From NCBI GenBank assembly GCA_046583315.1, contig JAYGCN010000093.1, forward strand, positions 1-33,309: 33,309 nt of DNA, written 5' to 3'. A model generated the notes under the pieces. It saw only the letters and a list, made by a program, of their open reading frames with translations, was not told the DNA's origin and searched no databases. Shown here piece after piece: positions 17,329 to 26,172 of this stretch (positions within the stretch are counted from its first letter, which is position 1; each line of letters starts with the position of its first letter). The DNA comes from Candidatus Hydrogenedentota bacterium (GTDB lineage: Bacteria; Hydrogenedentota; Hydrogenedentia; Hydrogenedentales; GCA-2746185). Made by a program: the position numbers and the translations under genes.

Positions 17329-20172
17329 TTAGTTTTCCAGTTCCTCGATTAGTTCCGTGTTTTCGTAGAGTTCAAGCGTAATTCGTGTTGTGATGCCATT
17401 CTCGACGACGACTGAATCGCCCATGCTCTGCGTCATGTTAGCAATGTTGATGCTGATACTTAAAGCGGAAAACCCGATGATGGTATGTTCGCCTGCGCTG
17501 ACTTCTTCCATTACAAAATAACCTGAGGCATCGGAGGTCGCAGTCTTCGGGTCAACGGTGTTAATTAACATAACCGTGGCATTGGGTACTGGTCGGCCGC
17601 GATTAAGCACTTGTCCTTCGATATTTCCGCCGCTGGTCAAGGTAAGCGTTACCGTTTGGCGGGTATTGCCTTCAAGCATAATCGGTTCAGATTGCGCCGC
17701 GGCATAGGCCGGATGTACAGCATTGACGACATAGGTTCCGCTCGGTACGTTCTCGAAAATGAAGGCACCGTCTTCGCCCACGGTCTGTGTCTCAGATTGT
17801 CCAGAACCGATATCCACACCGGGCAGTAATTCGATGTCAGCGGAGGCCAGACGCACTCGTGTTCCCTGAATGTTTTCGTTTGTGCTGGAGGTGACCCAGC
17901 CATCAATCGTGCCGCCGGCACCGCCCAGGAACAGTTGTACGCCTTGCAGGACATCGCCTTCATCCACGATCACGACGACCTTGTCGCTGCTCTCGGAACC
18001 GGCTTGGGCTTGAATGGAGTACGTTCCCGGTTGCACGAGAATTTGGAATTCACCGTTCGCCGTCTCATCAAATGATTTGGACACTTGATTCGCTATGGCC
18101 TCCATAAACTGCATGGGGTTTTGAGTAATCGGTCCGACCATTCCCATATCGGGCTGCGCCGTTATCTGGAAAGACTCCCCAAAGGGGCGGTTGGTTTCAG
18201 CCGAATACACCGTTCCCTGAATCACGGCTCCCATACCCAAGACCACGTTCGTTGGTTTGTCGAGCCAGACTTTCGTGACCATGGTCGGTGCATATCCTTC
18301 ACTTTCGACCTTCATGAAATAGGTGCCCAGTGCCATGCCTACGAAGCGATACTCGCCGTTTTCATCCGTGATGGCCTCGTTGGAGATGCTCCCGTCATCG
18401 GAGAACATCGCCTGCATGGAAAATCCATCCAGATTAACCTCTGCGCCGGGAATAGCACGCCCTCGAGAGTCCGTGACTTTGCCGTAGATGTCGTATTCGC
18501 CAAGTTCGATATTGTGGAGTCTTACGAGAATGCCGTGAATATTGTTGTACCCGTCGCTGTTAACGGGCACCCCGCGAATGGTTAGCTTGTATCCTTCCTT
18601 GGACGCGAAAATCTGGTAGGTTCCCGCAGGCAGATCGTCCAGCTCGAATGTGCCGTCCTCCTGAGTCGTAGCATTGCGGAAGGTTTTTGCGGAGCTGAGC
18701 GGAGAAAAGAAATCTGCGAACCCTGGAATACACATGACATCTGCCTTGGGAACGGGGTAGCCATCTTCATCAATGACCTTGCCGAAGACTGAAGTACCTG
18801 CGAACAGATTCATGTCGACGCGAATGTCTGGACTGGTTTCGGTCAGCACGAAAGCGCCCGACAGTTGGGGTGCCGTGTCACTGCTAAGTGCATGAACGCG
18901 CCATTCCTTGTTGAGCGGCACACCCACGAGTTCATAGTACCCGCCCTCGCGGTCATCCGAACGGCCTGTAATATTACGTTCTCCGTCATCGCGCATCTCG
19001 TTAAAGGCGGCATTGATGCCCTGCGTGATGATGTTGTCGGAATTGACCAGCATCAGTTCAGCCGACACATTTTCATTGGTTTGCGGATTGCGCGTGTATC
19101 CCCACACGACGCCCGCGCGAGCAAGACCGAAGTCAACATTATTCCGTTTTTCACGTTCTTGGGTGATGGTTAGCTTCTTGTAGGGTAGTACTTTTCCGGG
19201 TTTATAGCGGGTTTCCCGGTAATTCACGCGGATTTCATAGGGCCCTAGATCGAGTCCAGTAAAGAAATACTCCCCGTCCTCGTCGGTATAGGCGTAGTCG
19301 CTGTTGAATGAGCCGTCGTCTTTGCCGCTGGCATGGATGTATAAGGGTGCAAAGGGAATGCCGTTGTTGTTTGCAAGATCGTATACGCGCCCGGAGACCT
19401 CGGCCCCGAGACTCATTTCGATGAGCATTTCCGGCGGCGAGGTGCCCGAGTCGTGGTATTGATCCGTGAGTACCAGTCGCTTATGTTCCGTGCCGCGAAA
19501 TCGCAAGGAGTGAAGGCGATCGTAGGGGACATGAATCGTAAAACGGCCTTCACCATCGGAAGTCGTCTCGTGCGTATTGGAGTGTTCAAGGTTGGATGCG
19601 AAAATAATATCGTGTATGTTAAGAGAATCTTCGAGATTGTACTTGTCGATAATCGCTTCCAGCTCTTCCAGATCTTCGAGCTCCTGCGCATCCAGTTCCA
19701 GCGCCTCCGCTTCTCGATCGAAGAGTTCTTGTCGGTCGAAGAGTTCGATTTCCTGCTCACGTAGCTCCTGCTTTAAGATCCGGAAATCTTCCTTTTCTTC
19801 ATCGCTCCGATTCCACAAGGCTGAAACCTGGATGCGGGACAAGGGTTCGCGCGTGTCGATGTCGACAATGACTCCCGTTATGGTCGCGTAGGAGTCATCG
19901 TGAAAGGGTTCTTCTTCCGGTTCTTCTTCTGCTTCGGGAATGTCGGGTCGGCTTGCGCGGCGGATCGATGAACGACGCGACGCTTCAAAATTGAAATTGG
20001 GCGCGTCGGCGGAAGGAGGAGCTTCGAAGGTGATGACGGAAATCGGGGGCGGCTCGACGCGTTCGGGTGCAAGCCATCGGGACAGGCCAATGAAGAGAAT
20101 GATAGAAGCGATGGCGAATCCAAGAACGATGGCTGTGGTGCGGTAGGACGTGGACTCGTGTCTTCGTTGCAT
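17329..20172 (-). CDS. Large membrane-anchored protein with tandem carboxypeptidase-regulatory-like (prealbumin-fold) beta domains
   Basis: N-terminal TM helix and acidic linker, then repeated G-x-V-x-D...P...A-x-V...T-D-x-x-G-x-Y/F...G-x-Y modules (e.g. GKVIDEDGYPVPKADV, GKVTDSRGRAIPGAEV, GQVLNRGRPVPNATV). Confidence 0.82.
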   Translation of the reverse strand: MQRRHESTSYRTTAIVLGFAIASIILFIGLSRWLAPERVEPPPISVITFEAPPSADAPNFNFEASRRSSIRRASRPDIPEAEEEPEEEPFHDDSYATITGVIVDIDTREPLSRIQVSALWNRSDEEKEDFRILKQELREQEIELFDRQELFDREAEALELDAQELEDLEELEAIIDKYNLEDSLNIHDIIFASNLEHSNTHETTSDGEGRFTIHVPYDRLHSLRFRGTEHKRLVLTDQYHDSGTSPPEMLIEMSLGAEVSGRVYDLANNNGIPFAPLYIHASGKDDGSFNSDYAYTDEDGEYFFTGLDLGPYEIRVNYRETRYKPGKVLPYKKLTITQEREKRNNVDFGLARAGVVWGYTRNPQTNENVSAELMLVNSDNIITQGINAAFNEMRDDGERNITGRSDDREGGYYELVGVPLNKEWRVHALSSDTAPQLSGAFVLTETSPDIRVDMNLFAGTSVFGKVIDEDGYPVPKADVMCIPGFADFFSPLSSAKTFRNATTQEDGTFELDDLPAGTYQIFASKEGYKLTIRGVPVNSDGYNNIHGILVRLHNIELGEYDIYGKVTDSRGRAIPGAEVNLDGFSMQAMFSDDGSISNEAITDENGEYRFVGMALGTYFMKVESEGYAPTMVTKVWLDKPTNVVLGMGAVIQGTVYSAETNRPFGESFQITAQPDMGMVGPITQNPMQFMEAIANQVSKSFDETANGEFQILVQPGTYSIQAQAGSESSDKVVVIVDEGDVLQGVQLFLGGAGGTIDGWVTSSTNENIQGTRVRLASADIELLPGVDIGSGQSETQTVGEDGAFIFENVPSGTYVVNAVHPAYAAAQSEPIMLEGNTRQTVTLTLTSGGNIEGQVLNRGRPVPNATVMLINTVDPKTATSDASGYFVMEEVSAGEHTIIGFSALSISINIANMTQSMGDSVVVENGITTRITLELYENTELIEELEN

Positions 20173-20372
20173 TTAGGCTCCGCTGAATCCCCTAATCAGG
20201 GATTTTTACTATTTGATAGATCGGTGGTTTATAGATATGACAATGGTATGATATCAGGCGACTATTTATATGACCAATTATTGCTTCAAACGGTTTAGAT
20301 TTCTTCGAAACGGTGTATAAATAGATATAAGTCTAGGTGGTATAGTTGGTTATGGCGATTCAAAAATTTAGG

Positions 20373-20401
20373 TTGACAGGGAAGATGCCTCCGTTTATAC
20401 T
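20373..20401 (+). promoter_or_regulatory. sigma70 promoter of the di-haem/Phn-like/DtxR operon
   Basis: TTGACA (20373-20378), 17-nt spacer, TATACT (20396-20401). Confidence 0.85.
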
Positions 20402-20436
20402 ATTAATCAAGGTTAAATTTATTAAGTTGAAGTTAT
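20401..20436. promoter_or_regulatory. Candidate DtxR/MntR-family operator at the transcription start
   Basis: TTAA-TCAAGG-TTAA (20403-20416) and a weaker second copy TTAA-GTTGAA-GTTA (20422-20435). TTAA-N6-TTAA resembles SloR/ScaR-type boxes, and a DtxR-family gene ends the operon. Confidence 0.5.
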
Positions 20437-20482
20437 TTGAGTGATCCGGTTTACACGTCACCGATCCGAGGAGTTGATTAAT

Positions 20483-22387
20483 ATGTCATCTATCCATTCA
20501 ATCCACAGGACCATGCTGGTTCTTGTTGTCATGTTTTCTGGCACTGCGATGGCACATATCGTGCCGCCCGAAGAGTACCATCCCCTTGCTGAGTCCTATC
20601 GTCGCATCGCGTTCATGGTGAACCTGAATCCCGTGCCCTGGGAAACCGTTCAGCAGGACGCGCAACGTATCACCGACGAACTGAATCTGGTCGCGCCGGA
20701 GCCTGCATCCATCTATGACAAAACGGTAGGCGATGTCTTCGAAATGATTCAGGCTGAGCGCGCGGTGAGTCTGGAAACGCCATCGATGCGCAAGGGGTCC
20801 GCAAAGACTATTTTTGAAGCGTCGACCATCGCCGTATCGAAGGGAATCGACGCGCATCTGAAATTGGCGACGAAAGCATTGGGTGATCATGAGGAAGCAA
20901 CGGCGCATTTCGAAATCGCGCGGCAGATTTTCAAGGCCTTCGAACACGAAGTGAAATTCAGTGATCCCGGAATGTATCGCGCGTTGGGTGCCGCTTGGCT
21001 GGAGGCATCGAGCGCGATGGGTTCTCCGGGTATTCTCGGCGTCGGAAGTGTTCCTGTAGACATCGAAGTGTTTTCAAGTGCAGTGAAGACGATTCTACAC
21101 TACGTCGAAGGGAATTATGGAGAGGGATACGAAACCGATCCCGAAATGTGGATGCGCTCGGTGCCGTATCGCAGTGCGACCTATGATGCAAGCGCCCTGA
21201 TTCCGGTTAAGTTGGCCCCGGGGTCCAATTTGAACAAACAGTTACCGCGTCCGCGCCAAATTTTGAACATGGCGGAGCGTGGCGTGAATGAACTGGACAC
21301 ACCGTTGATTGCGATGGGGGATATGGCCTTTGACAGCCCCTATATTTTCGGAGAACCGGCGCGATCACTCGGCTTGAGCTGCAACTCGTGCCATAACAAG
21401 GGTACAACGAACCCGAAATTGTTCATCGCGGGCTTGTCGGTCGAGGGTGGCGGCTTGGACGCGAGCAACAACTTCTTCGCTCCACACGCGAACAATGGAC
21501 ATTACGATCCAGTGGACATTCCAGACCTGCGCGGCATTCGATTCACCGCTCCATACGGGCGCAACGGGCGTTTTACGTCGCTTCGGGAGTTTACTCGCAA
21601 CGTGATCATGAACGAGTTCAACGGGCCTGAGCCGGATGCAGTGTTGATGGATTCACTAATCGCGTACATGAACGAATTCGATTTCCTGCCGAATGACAAA
21701 CTGGATACGATGGGGCGACTCACGGATAAAGCATCGGCATCGGCGAAACGCGGGGAGACGCTTTTCGCGAAACCCTTCGTGCAGTTGGATGGCAAAAGTT
21801 GCGCGACGTGCCACGTGCCATCGAATCATTTTGTGGATGGATTGCGGCATGATATCGGCAGTGCAGGAGGCTCAAGTGAGTATTCGCTGGACCGTGCGCT
21901 GGAAACACCTACGTTGCTGAGCGCTTTATATACGCCGCCCTACATGCACAACGGCAGTCTCGCGACGCTGGGCGATGTGGTGGCGTGGTTCGATGAAGAA
22001 CACGCGTTGGATTTGTCCGATAAGGAGCAAGAAGATTTGACGGCGTATCTCGAGACGATAGGCAGCGGCGAAGAAGCCTTCGAGGATACGATGTTTACTT
22101 TAGACGCGGAAATGGAAGAATTCAGTTTTTTCCTTTCGTCCTACGACTACGCGAAGCAACTCGGCAAATCAGGGATCGCTTCGACGATATTTCAGACCAT
22201 CGCAGCGGAAATCGATGCGCACAAGTGGGACCTGCAGGACATGGCCCATTTGCCGAAGCTGGATCAGATGGCCGAGGTGATGCGTGATGCGTATATTGAA
22301 AACGAACAGGGCAACACGGCGCGTGTTGACGAATTGGTGAGCGAATATAAAGCACTCTATGCGAAATACGTGGATGTGCTGGAATAG
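20483..22387 (+). CDS. Exported di-haem cytochrome c, cytochrome c peroxidase/MauG superfamily, with long N- and C-terminal extensions
   Basis: RBS GAGGAG before ATG 20483. Signal peptide ends TAMA. CNSCH (21380-21394) and CATCH (21800-21814), plus AKRGETLF and TPTL...PYMHNGSLATL. Confidence 0.85.
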   Translation: MSSIHSIHRTMLVLVVMFSGTAMAHIVPPEEYHPLAESYRRIAFMVNLNPVPWETVQQDAQRITDELNLVAPEPASIYDKTVGDVFEMIQAERAVSLETPSMRKGSAKTIFEASTIAVSKGIDAHLKLATKALGDHEEATAHFEIARQIFKAFEHEVKFSDPGMYRALGAAWLEASSAMGSPGILGVGSVPVDIEVFSSAVKTILHYVEGNYGEGYETDPEMWMRSVPYRSATYDASALIPVKLAPGSNLNKQLPRPRQILNMAERGVNELDTPLIAMGDMAFDSPYIFGEPARSLGLSCNSCHNKGTTNPKLFIAGLSVEGGGLDASNNFFAPHANNGHYDPVDIPDLRGIRFTAPYGRNGRFTSLREFTRNVIMNEFNGPEPDAVLMDSLIAYMNEFDFLPNDKLDTMGRLTDKASASAKRGETLFAKPFVQLDGKSCATCHVPSNHFVDGLRHDIGSAGGSSEYSLDRALETPTLLSALYTPPYMHNGSLATLGDVVAWFDEEHALDLSDKEQEDLTAYLETIGSGEEAFEDTMFTLDAEMEEFSFFLSSYDYAKQLGKSGIASTIFQTIAAEIDAHKWDLQDMAHLPKLDQMAEVMRDAYIENEQGNTARVDELVSEYKALYAKYVDVLE

Positions 22388-22402
22388 GTTGAGGAAACTG
22401 AT

Positions 22403-23266
22403 ATGAAACGAATCACACTATGCTTGATGCTCTCGTTGCTGGCGGCTGTTGCGGTGCCCTCTGACGCTTCTGCAGCGTCCAAGAGCGATCTGACCATTGT
22501 CTTTATTGCTTACCAGAATCCCGAACAGCTGGCGGAAGATGTGGAGCCGGTTGTCGCGTATCTGGAGAAAGAACTGGGCGTATCCATCAAACATTTCGTC
22601 GCGACGAATTATGCGGCGGTGGTGGAGGCACTCAAGAACGGCACGGCGGACATGGGATTCATGGGGCCGCTGCAATATGTGATGGCGCATCACTACGCGG
22701 GTGCCGAACCGCTACTGGGTGAGGTCTACAAAGGGAAATCGACGTATACTTCACGCATTTTCGTGCGCAAGGACAGCGGATTCAAGTCGCTTGCAGACCT
22801 GCGTGGTAAATCAATCGCTTTTGTTGATCCGATATCTTCCTCGGGCTATCTGTATCCAATGGAACTGTTTAAGTCTGAGGGCCTGCTGAAAAAAGATGCG
22901 AGCGAATTTTTCAAACGCCACTATTTCGCCGGGGGAGATGAACAGGCCGTTCGCGCGGTGTTCAACGGGTTCGTGGACGCCGCAGCCATCGGGCAATTTT
23001 CGTATAGTCTGTTGCGACCCGAAGAACGTAGCGAGATCGTCGTACTCGGCGAGTCAAAACCCTTGCCGTCGCATTGCATCGTTGTGCGCAAAGGATTGGA
23101 CGTAAAACGACGCGACGCCTTACGCGATGCCTTTCTCGCAATTCAGGATGGGCCGAACAAGAGCTTGCTGAAGAATCTTTATGGCGTGGACGGGTATGTG
23201 AAAGTGGATAACGCGACCTTTGCGGAAGTCGAGTCCATCGCGCGTACCTACAACTTTGTAAAGTAA
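22403..23266 (+). CDS. PhnD-like (phosphate/phosphite/phosphonate family) ABC substrate-binding protein
   Basis: Signal peptide, ATNYAAVVEAL, MGPLQYV, YTSRIFVRKDSG, DLRGKSIAFVDPISSSGYLYP. Confidence 0.88.
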   Translation: MKRITLCLMLSLLAAVAVPSDASAASKSDLTIVFIAYQNPEQLAEDVEPVVAYLEKELGVSIKHFVATNYAAVVEALKNGTADMGFMGPLQYVMAHHYAGAEPLLGEVYKGKSTYTSRIFVRKDSGFKSLADLRGKSIAFVDPISSSGYLYPMELFKSEGLLKKDASEFFKRHYFAGGDEQAVRAVFNGFVDAAAIGQFSYSLLRPEERSEIVVLGESKPLPSHCIVVRKGLDVKRRDALRDAFLAIQDGPNKSLLKNLYGVDGYVKVDNATFAEVESIARTYNFVK

Positions 23267-23269
23267 ACC

Positions 23270-24061
23270 ATGACCATTGATTCCGACAAACCGATTGTTG
23301 AGCTCGAAAACGTACAGGTGTCGTACGGCGATACCTGCGTACTCGATATCGCCAACATGTCGGTCATGCCGGGCGAACGCGTGTTTGTTCTGGGCAGGAG
23401 CGGATCGGGCAAGACAACACTGGCGCGTGTACTCAAAGGGCGGGTGACCCCTTCTGCGGGACGCATCAACCTGTTCGGGCACGACTACACGGCCCACAGT
23501 CATGATCTGGAACGCCAACAACACGTCGCCATGGTCGATCAGGAGTTCAATTTGGTGCCGCGCATGAGCGTGGTGCGTAATGTACTCACGGGATCGTTGG
23601 GGCGCGTGGACGGATTCAAAAGTTTTTTCGGAATCTATCCCGGGGTGGAATGGGAAAAGGCTGAATCGATATTGGATGAAGTGGAATTGGGTGGGCTGGG
23701 CAACCGACGCGCCGATACCTTGAGTGGTGGACAAAAGCAGCGTACAGCCATCGCGCGCGCGTTGATGCAAGAGGCCTCGATTATTCTGGCCGATGAACCC
23801 ATCTCGAATCTGGATCCGGAGCTTGCCGAAGATGCGTTGCAGTTGCTGGTCAATTGCGCGACCCGCCGCAACGAAGCCTTAATCGTGAATCTGCACCAGC
23901 CGCGATTGGCGCGTAAATTCGCTACTCGGGTGATCGGATTACACGAAGGTCGAATTGTATTTGACGGAAACCCCGAAGAATTGTCCGCAGATGATGAGGA
24001 ATTAATTTACGCTGGCGGGGACTCGGAGAATATCACTCCGTTTCCAGTGGAGGCTGGTTAG
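23270..24061 (+). CDS. PhnC-like ABC ATP-binding protein
   Basis: GRSGSGKTT, FNLVPRMSVVRNVLTG, LSGGQKQR, ILADEPISNLDP, NLHQ. Confidence 0.92.
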   Translation: MTIDSDKPIVELENVQVSYGDTCVLDIANMSVMPGERVFVLGRSGSGKTTLARVLKGRVTPSAGRINLFGHDYTAHSHDLERQQHVAMVDQEFNLVPRMSVVRNVLTGSLGRVDGFKSFFGIYPGVEWEKAESILDEVELGGLGNRRADTLSGGQKQRTAIARALMQEASIILADEPISNLDPELAEDALQLLVNCATRRNEALIVNLHQPRLARKFATRVIGLHEGRIVFDGNPEELSADDEELIYAGGDSENITPFPVEAG

Positions 24062-24841
24062 ATGACGCAGCTACAAAAACAATGGCGTGATCGTTCGCGA
24101 CTCTATTATGCGGGGGCGTGTCTGGCCTTGGCGGCGGTGGCGTTGTCGTTGGAGCATGCCGAGTTCAGCGTACCGCGTTTGTTTGAGTCGGGTCCTTTTA
24201 TGGCGGAATTTTTCTCGCGCATGGTACCGCCGGATTGGAGCGTGACGGAGTTGGTGTTGCGTGCGACCATGGAGACACTGACCATCGCGCTGGGCGGCAC
24301 CTTTCTGGCCATACTGATATCGTTACCGCTGGGGTTTCTGGCCGCATCGACCATCACCCCCAAATGGATCGCCATTCCCGTGAAGACCGGACTCGGCGTG
24401 TTGCGTTCGATTCCGATTATCGTGGTCGCGGTATTGTTTGTGGCGGCAGTGGGATTGGGCCCCTTTCCAGGCGTGCTTGCGGTGGCCGTGCATTCGATTG
24501 GCATGTTGTCCAAATTTTACGCCGAAGAATTCGAAACGGCCGACGCAGGTATTGTGGATGCCGTTCGCGGCACAGGAGCGTCGTGGTTGCAGACTATTCA
24601 GTATGGTGTGTTCTCTCAGAGTATTCCGCAGGTCGTCGCCTTCACCATCTATCGTCTCGAAATGAATTTTCGCGACGCTACCGTTTTGGGTATCGTGGGT
24701 GCCGGAGGAATCGGTACCTACATTTTGATGTATACGCAAAGTTTTCAGTACGACCGCGTGACGGTGTTGCTGGTCGTGATTAGTCTGGTCGTGTTTGTAT
24801 TCGATCAGTGCAGTTATTGGATTCGCAAGTGGGTGGGGTAG
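24062..24841 (+). CDS. PhnE-like ABC permease
   Basis: RMVPPDW, ETLTIALGGT, LRSIP, VGLGPFPGVLA, KFYAE, YRLEMNFRDATVLGIVGAGGIG. Confidence 0.92.
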   Translation: MTQLQKQWRDRSRLYYAGACLALAAVALSLEHAEFSVPRLFESGPFMAEFFSRMVPPDWSVTELVLRATMETLTIALGGTFLAILISLPLGFLAASTITPKWIAIPVKTGLGVLRSIPIIVVAVLFVAAVGLGPFPGVLAVAVHSIGMLSKFYAEEFETADAGIVDAVRGTGASWLQTIQYGVFSQSIPQVVAFTIYRLEMNFRDATVLGIVGAGGIGTYILMYTQSFQYDRVTVLLVVISLVVFVFDQCSYWIRKWVG

Positions 24842-24864
24842 AATAGTTTTACAAGGAGAAGTAC

Positions 24865-25323
24865 ATGCCAACATTTAGTCCGTCAAGCGGTACGCCGCGC
24901 AAAATGAGTCCGTCTCTGGAGCAATACGTTGAGGCGATCGCTGACCTGTTGACGCGGGATAAAGTCTGTAGTGTAAGTGATATTGCTGCGCAGGTGCAGG
25001 TGAGTCGTCCCGCCGTTTCGCGGGCCGTTCGCGAGTTATCCGAACAAAATCTGGTTACGCACAAAGCGTATGGGTACGTCGATCTGACGGAGCAGGGTCA
25101 GAAGATAGCCGATATGCTCACGATTCGTCACGAGGCGATATATGCATTCATGAAAGACGTATTGCAGTACGACGAAGATTTCGCCGATCAGGAAGCGTGT
25201 CGACTGGAGCATCAGGTGGACGACGAATTCGTGGCGCGCCTGGAGACCTTGGGTCGTGTGGTCGCGGAGCATCCAGAAGTAGTCGAGGCTCTTCGCGATC
25301 AGCTCAGCGAGCCTAACAACTAG
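24865..25323 (+). CDS. DtxR/MntR-family metal-dependent transcriptional regulator
   Basis: SPSLEQYVEAI, wHTH VSDIAAQVQVSRPAVSRAV, LTEQG, RHEAI, EACRLEH. Short form with no SH3/FeoA domain. RBS AAGGAG. Confidence 0.92.
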   Translation: MPTFSPSSGTPRKMSPSLEQYVEAIADLLTRDKVCSVSDIAAQVQVSRPAVSRAVRELSEQNLVTHKAYGYVDLTEQGQKIADMLTIRHEAIYAFMKDVLQYDEDFADQEACRLEHQVDDEFVARLETLGRVVAEHPEVVEALRDQLSEPNN

Positions 25324-26147
25324 GCTTCCACCAAGTGCCCCTGTAACACGGATTCCTTACGTCGTGCGTGTAAGGTGCGGAGCGATTTGGCAAAGCCTTC
25401 TGGTTTTATGCCGAAGGGATAGGGGTCGGCGTATTGCTCGTCAAAGCGGTCTGCAATTTCCAGGCATAAGGGCAGGAAGCGATCCATTTCGTCTTCGAAT
25501 ACTGTTTGCGTCTGAGGATGATCACGGATGATGCGCTGGGCAAGATAGGTGCCGAAAGCGATATGGCGTGACTCATCTTTTTGAATATTGCGCACGCCTT
25601 CGCGCAGTCCGGGCAGAATGCCATTGGGGTCCATCGCCCTGTAAAAAATATCGTATCCGAATTCTGCGAGCACCCCTTCGACAATCTGATGATAGACGAC
25701 GACGGCACGCATCTGGGCCTCGGGGGAATGGTCGGTGTAGAGTGCGGTCATGGCCTCCGGTAGATGGGTGTTAAGGACGGGTGAAGGTGTGCCGGAGGGG
25801 TAGGGGACATCGACGCCCAGTTTGCCGGGCAAGGTCTCATCGAGCCAGCGCTGGAAGAACTCCACATGCGTGGACTCTTCGTAGAGTTGCTGGGTGATGT
25901 ACATCTCTTCATCCATGTGTCCGCGTTCAGTGCGCAGGGCGGTCTGCAAGGGCGCAAGATCGTGCGCCACGGCACGTTCCCCTACGAGGAATCCAAATAC
26001 CTGGCCCAGGATAAGATCCCGCTCCACGTCCGACATCGCGCTCCAGTCTTTGGCGTCTTGCGTCATGTCGATGGTGTGGGGATTCCACTGCAGCTCGCGG
26101 CCGCGTCGTAGTTCTTTGAGTGGGAATGCGTCGAAGTTGAGTGCCAT
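25320..26147 (-). CDS. R2-like ligand-binding oxidase (R2lox, Mn/Fe ferritin-like)
   Basis: WNPHTIDMTQDAKDW, GERAVAHDL, EESTHVEFF, YHQIVEGVLA, LPGLREG, DESRHIAFG. Confidence 0.9.
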   Translation of the reverse strand: MALNFDAFPLKELRRGRELQWNPHTIDMTQDAKDWSAMSDVERDLILGQVFGFLVGERAVAHDLAPLQTALRTERGHMDEEMYITQQLYEESTHVEFFQRWLDETLPGKLGVDVPYPSGTPSPVLNTHLPEAMTALYTDHSPEAQMRAVVVYHQIVEGVLAEFGYDIFYRAMDPNGILPGLREGVRNIQKDESRHIAFGTYLAQRIIRDHPQTQTVFEDEMDRFLPLCLEIADRFDEQYADPYPFGIKPEGFAKSLRTLHARRKESVLQGHLVEA

Positions 26148-26172
26148 GATATGTAGTTTCCTGGAGTTTCTG

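Noticed and set aside
22403..24841. Calling the transporter a true phnCDE or ptxABC system
   Set aside because: No catabolic partner genes or Pho box were seen and the binding pocket looks altered, so gene symbols were withheld.
25320..26147. Ribonucleotide reductase beta subunit (nrdB/nrdF)
   Set aside because: Short, with no adjacent alpha subunit, and the motifs match R2lox.
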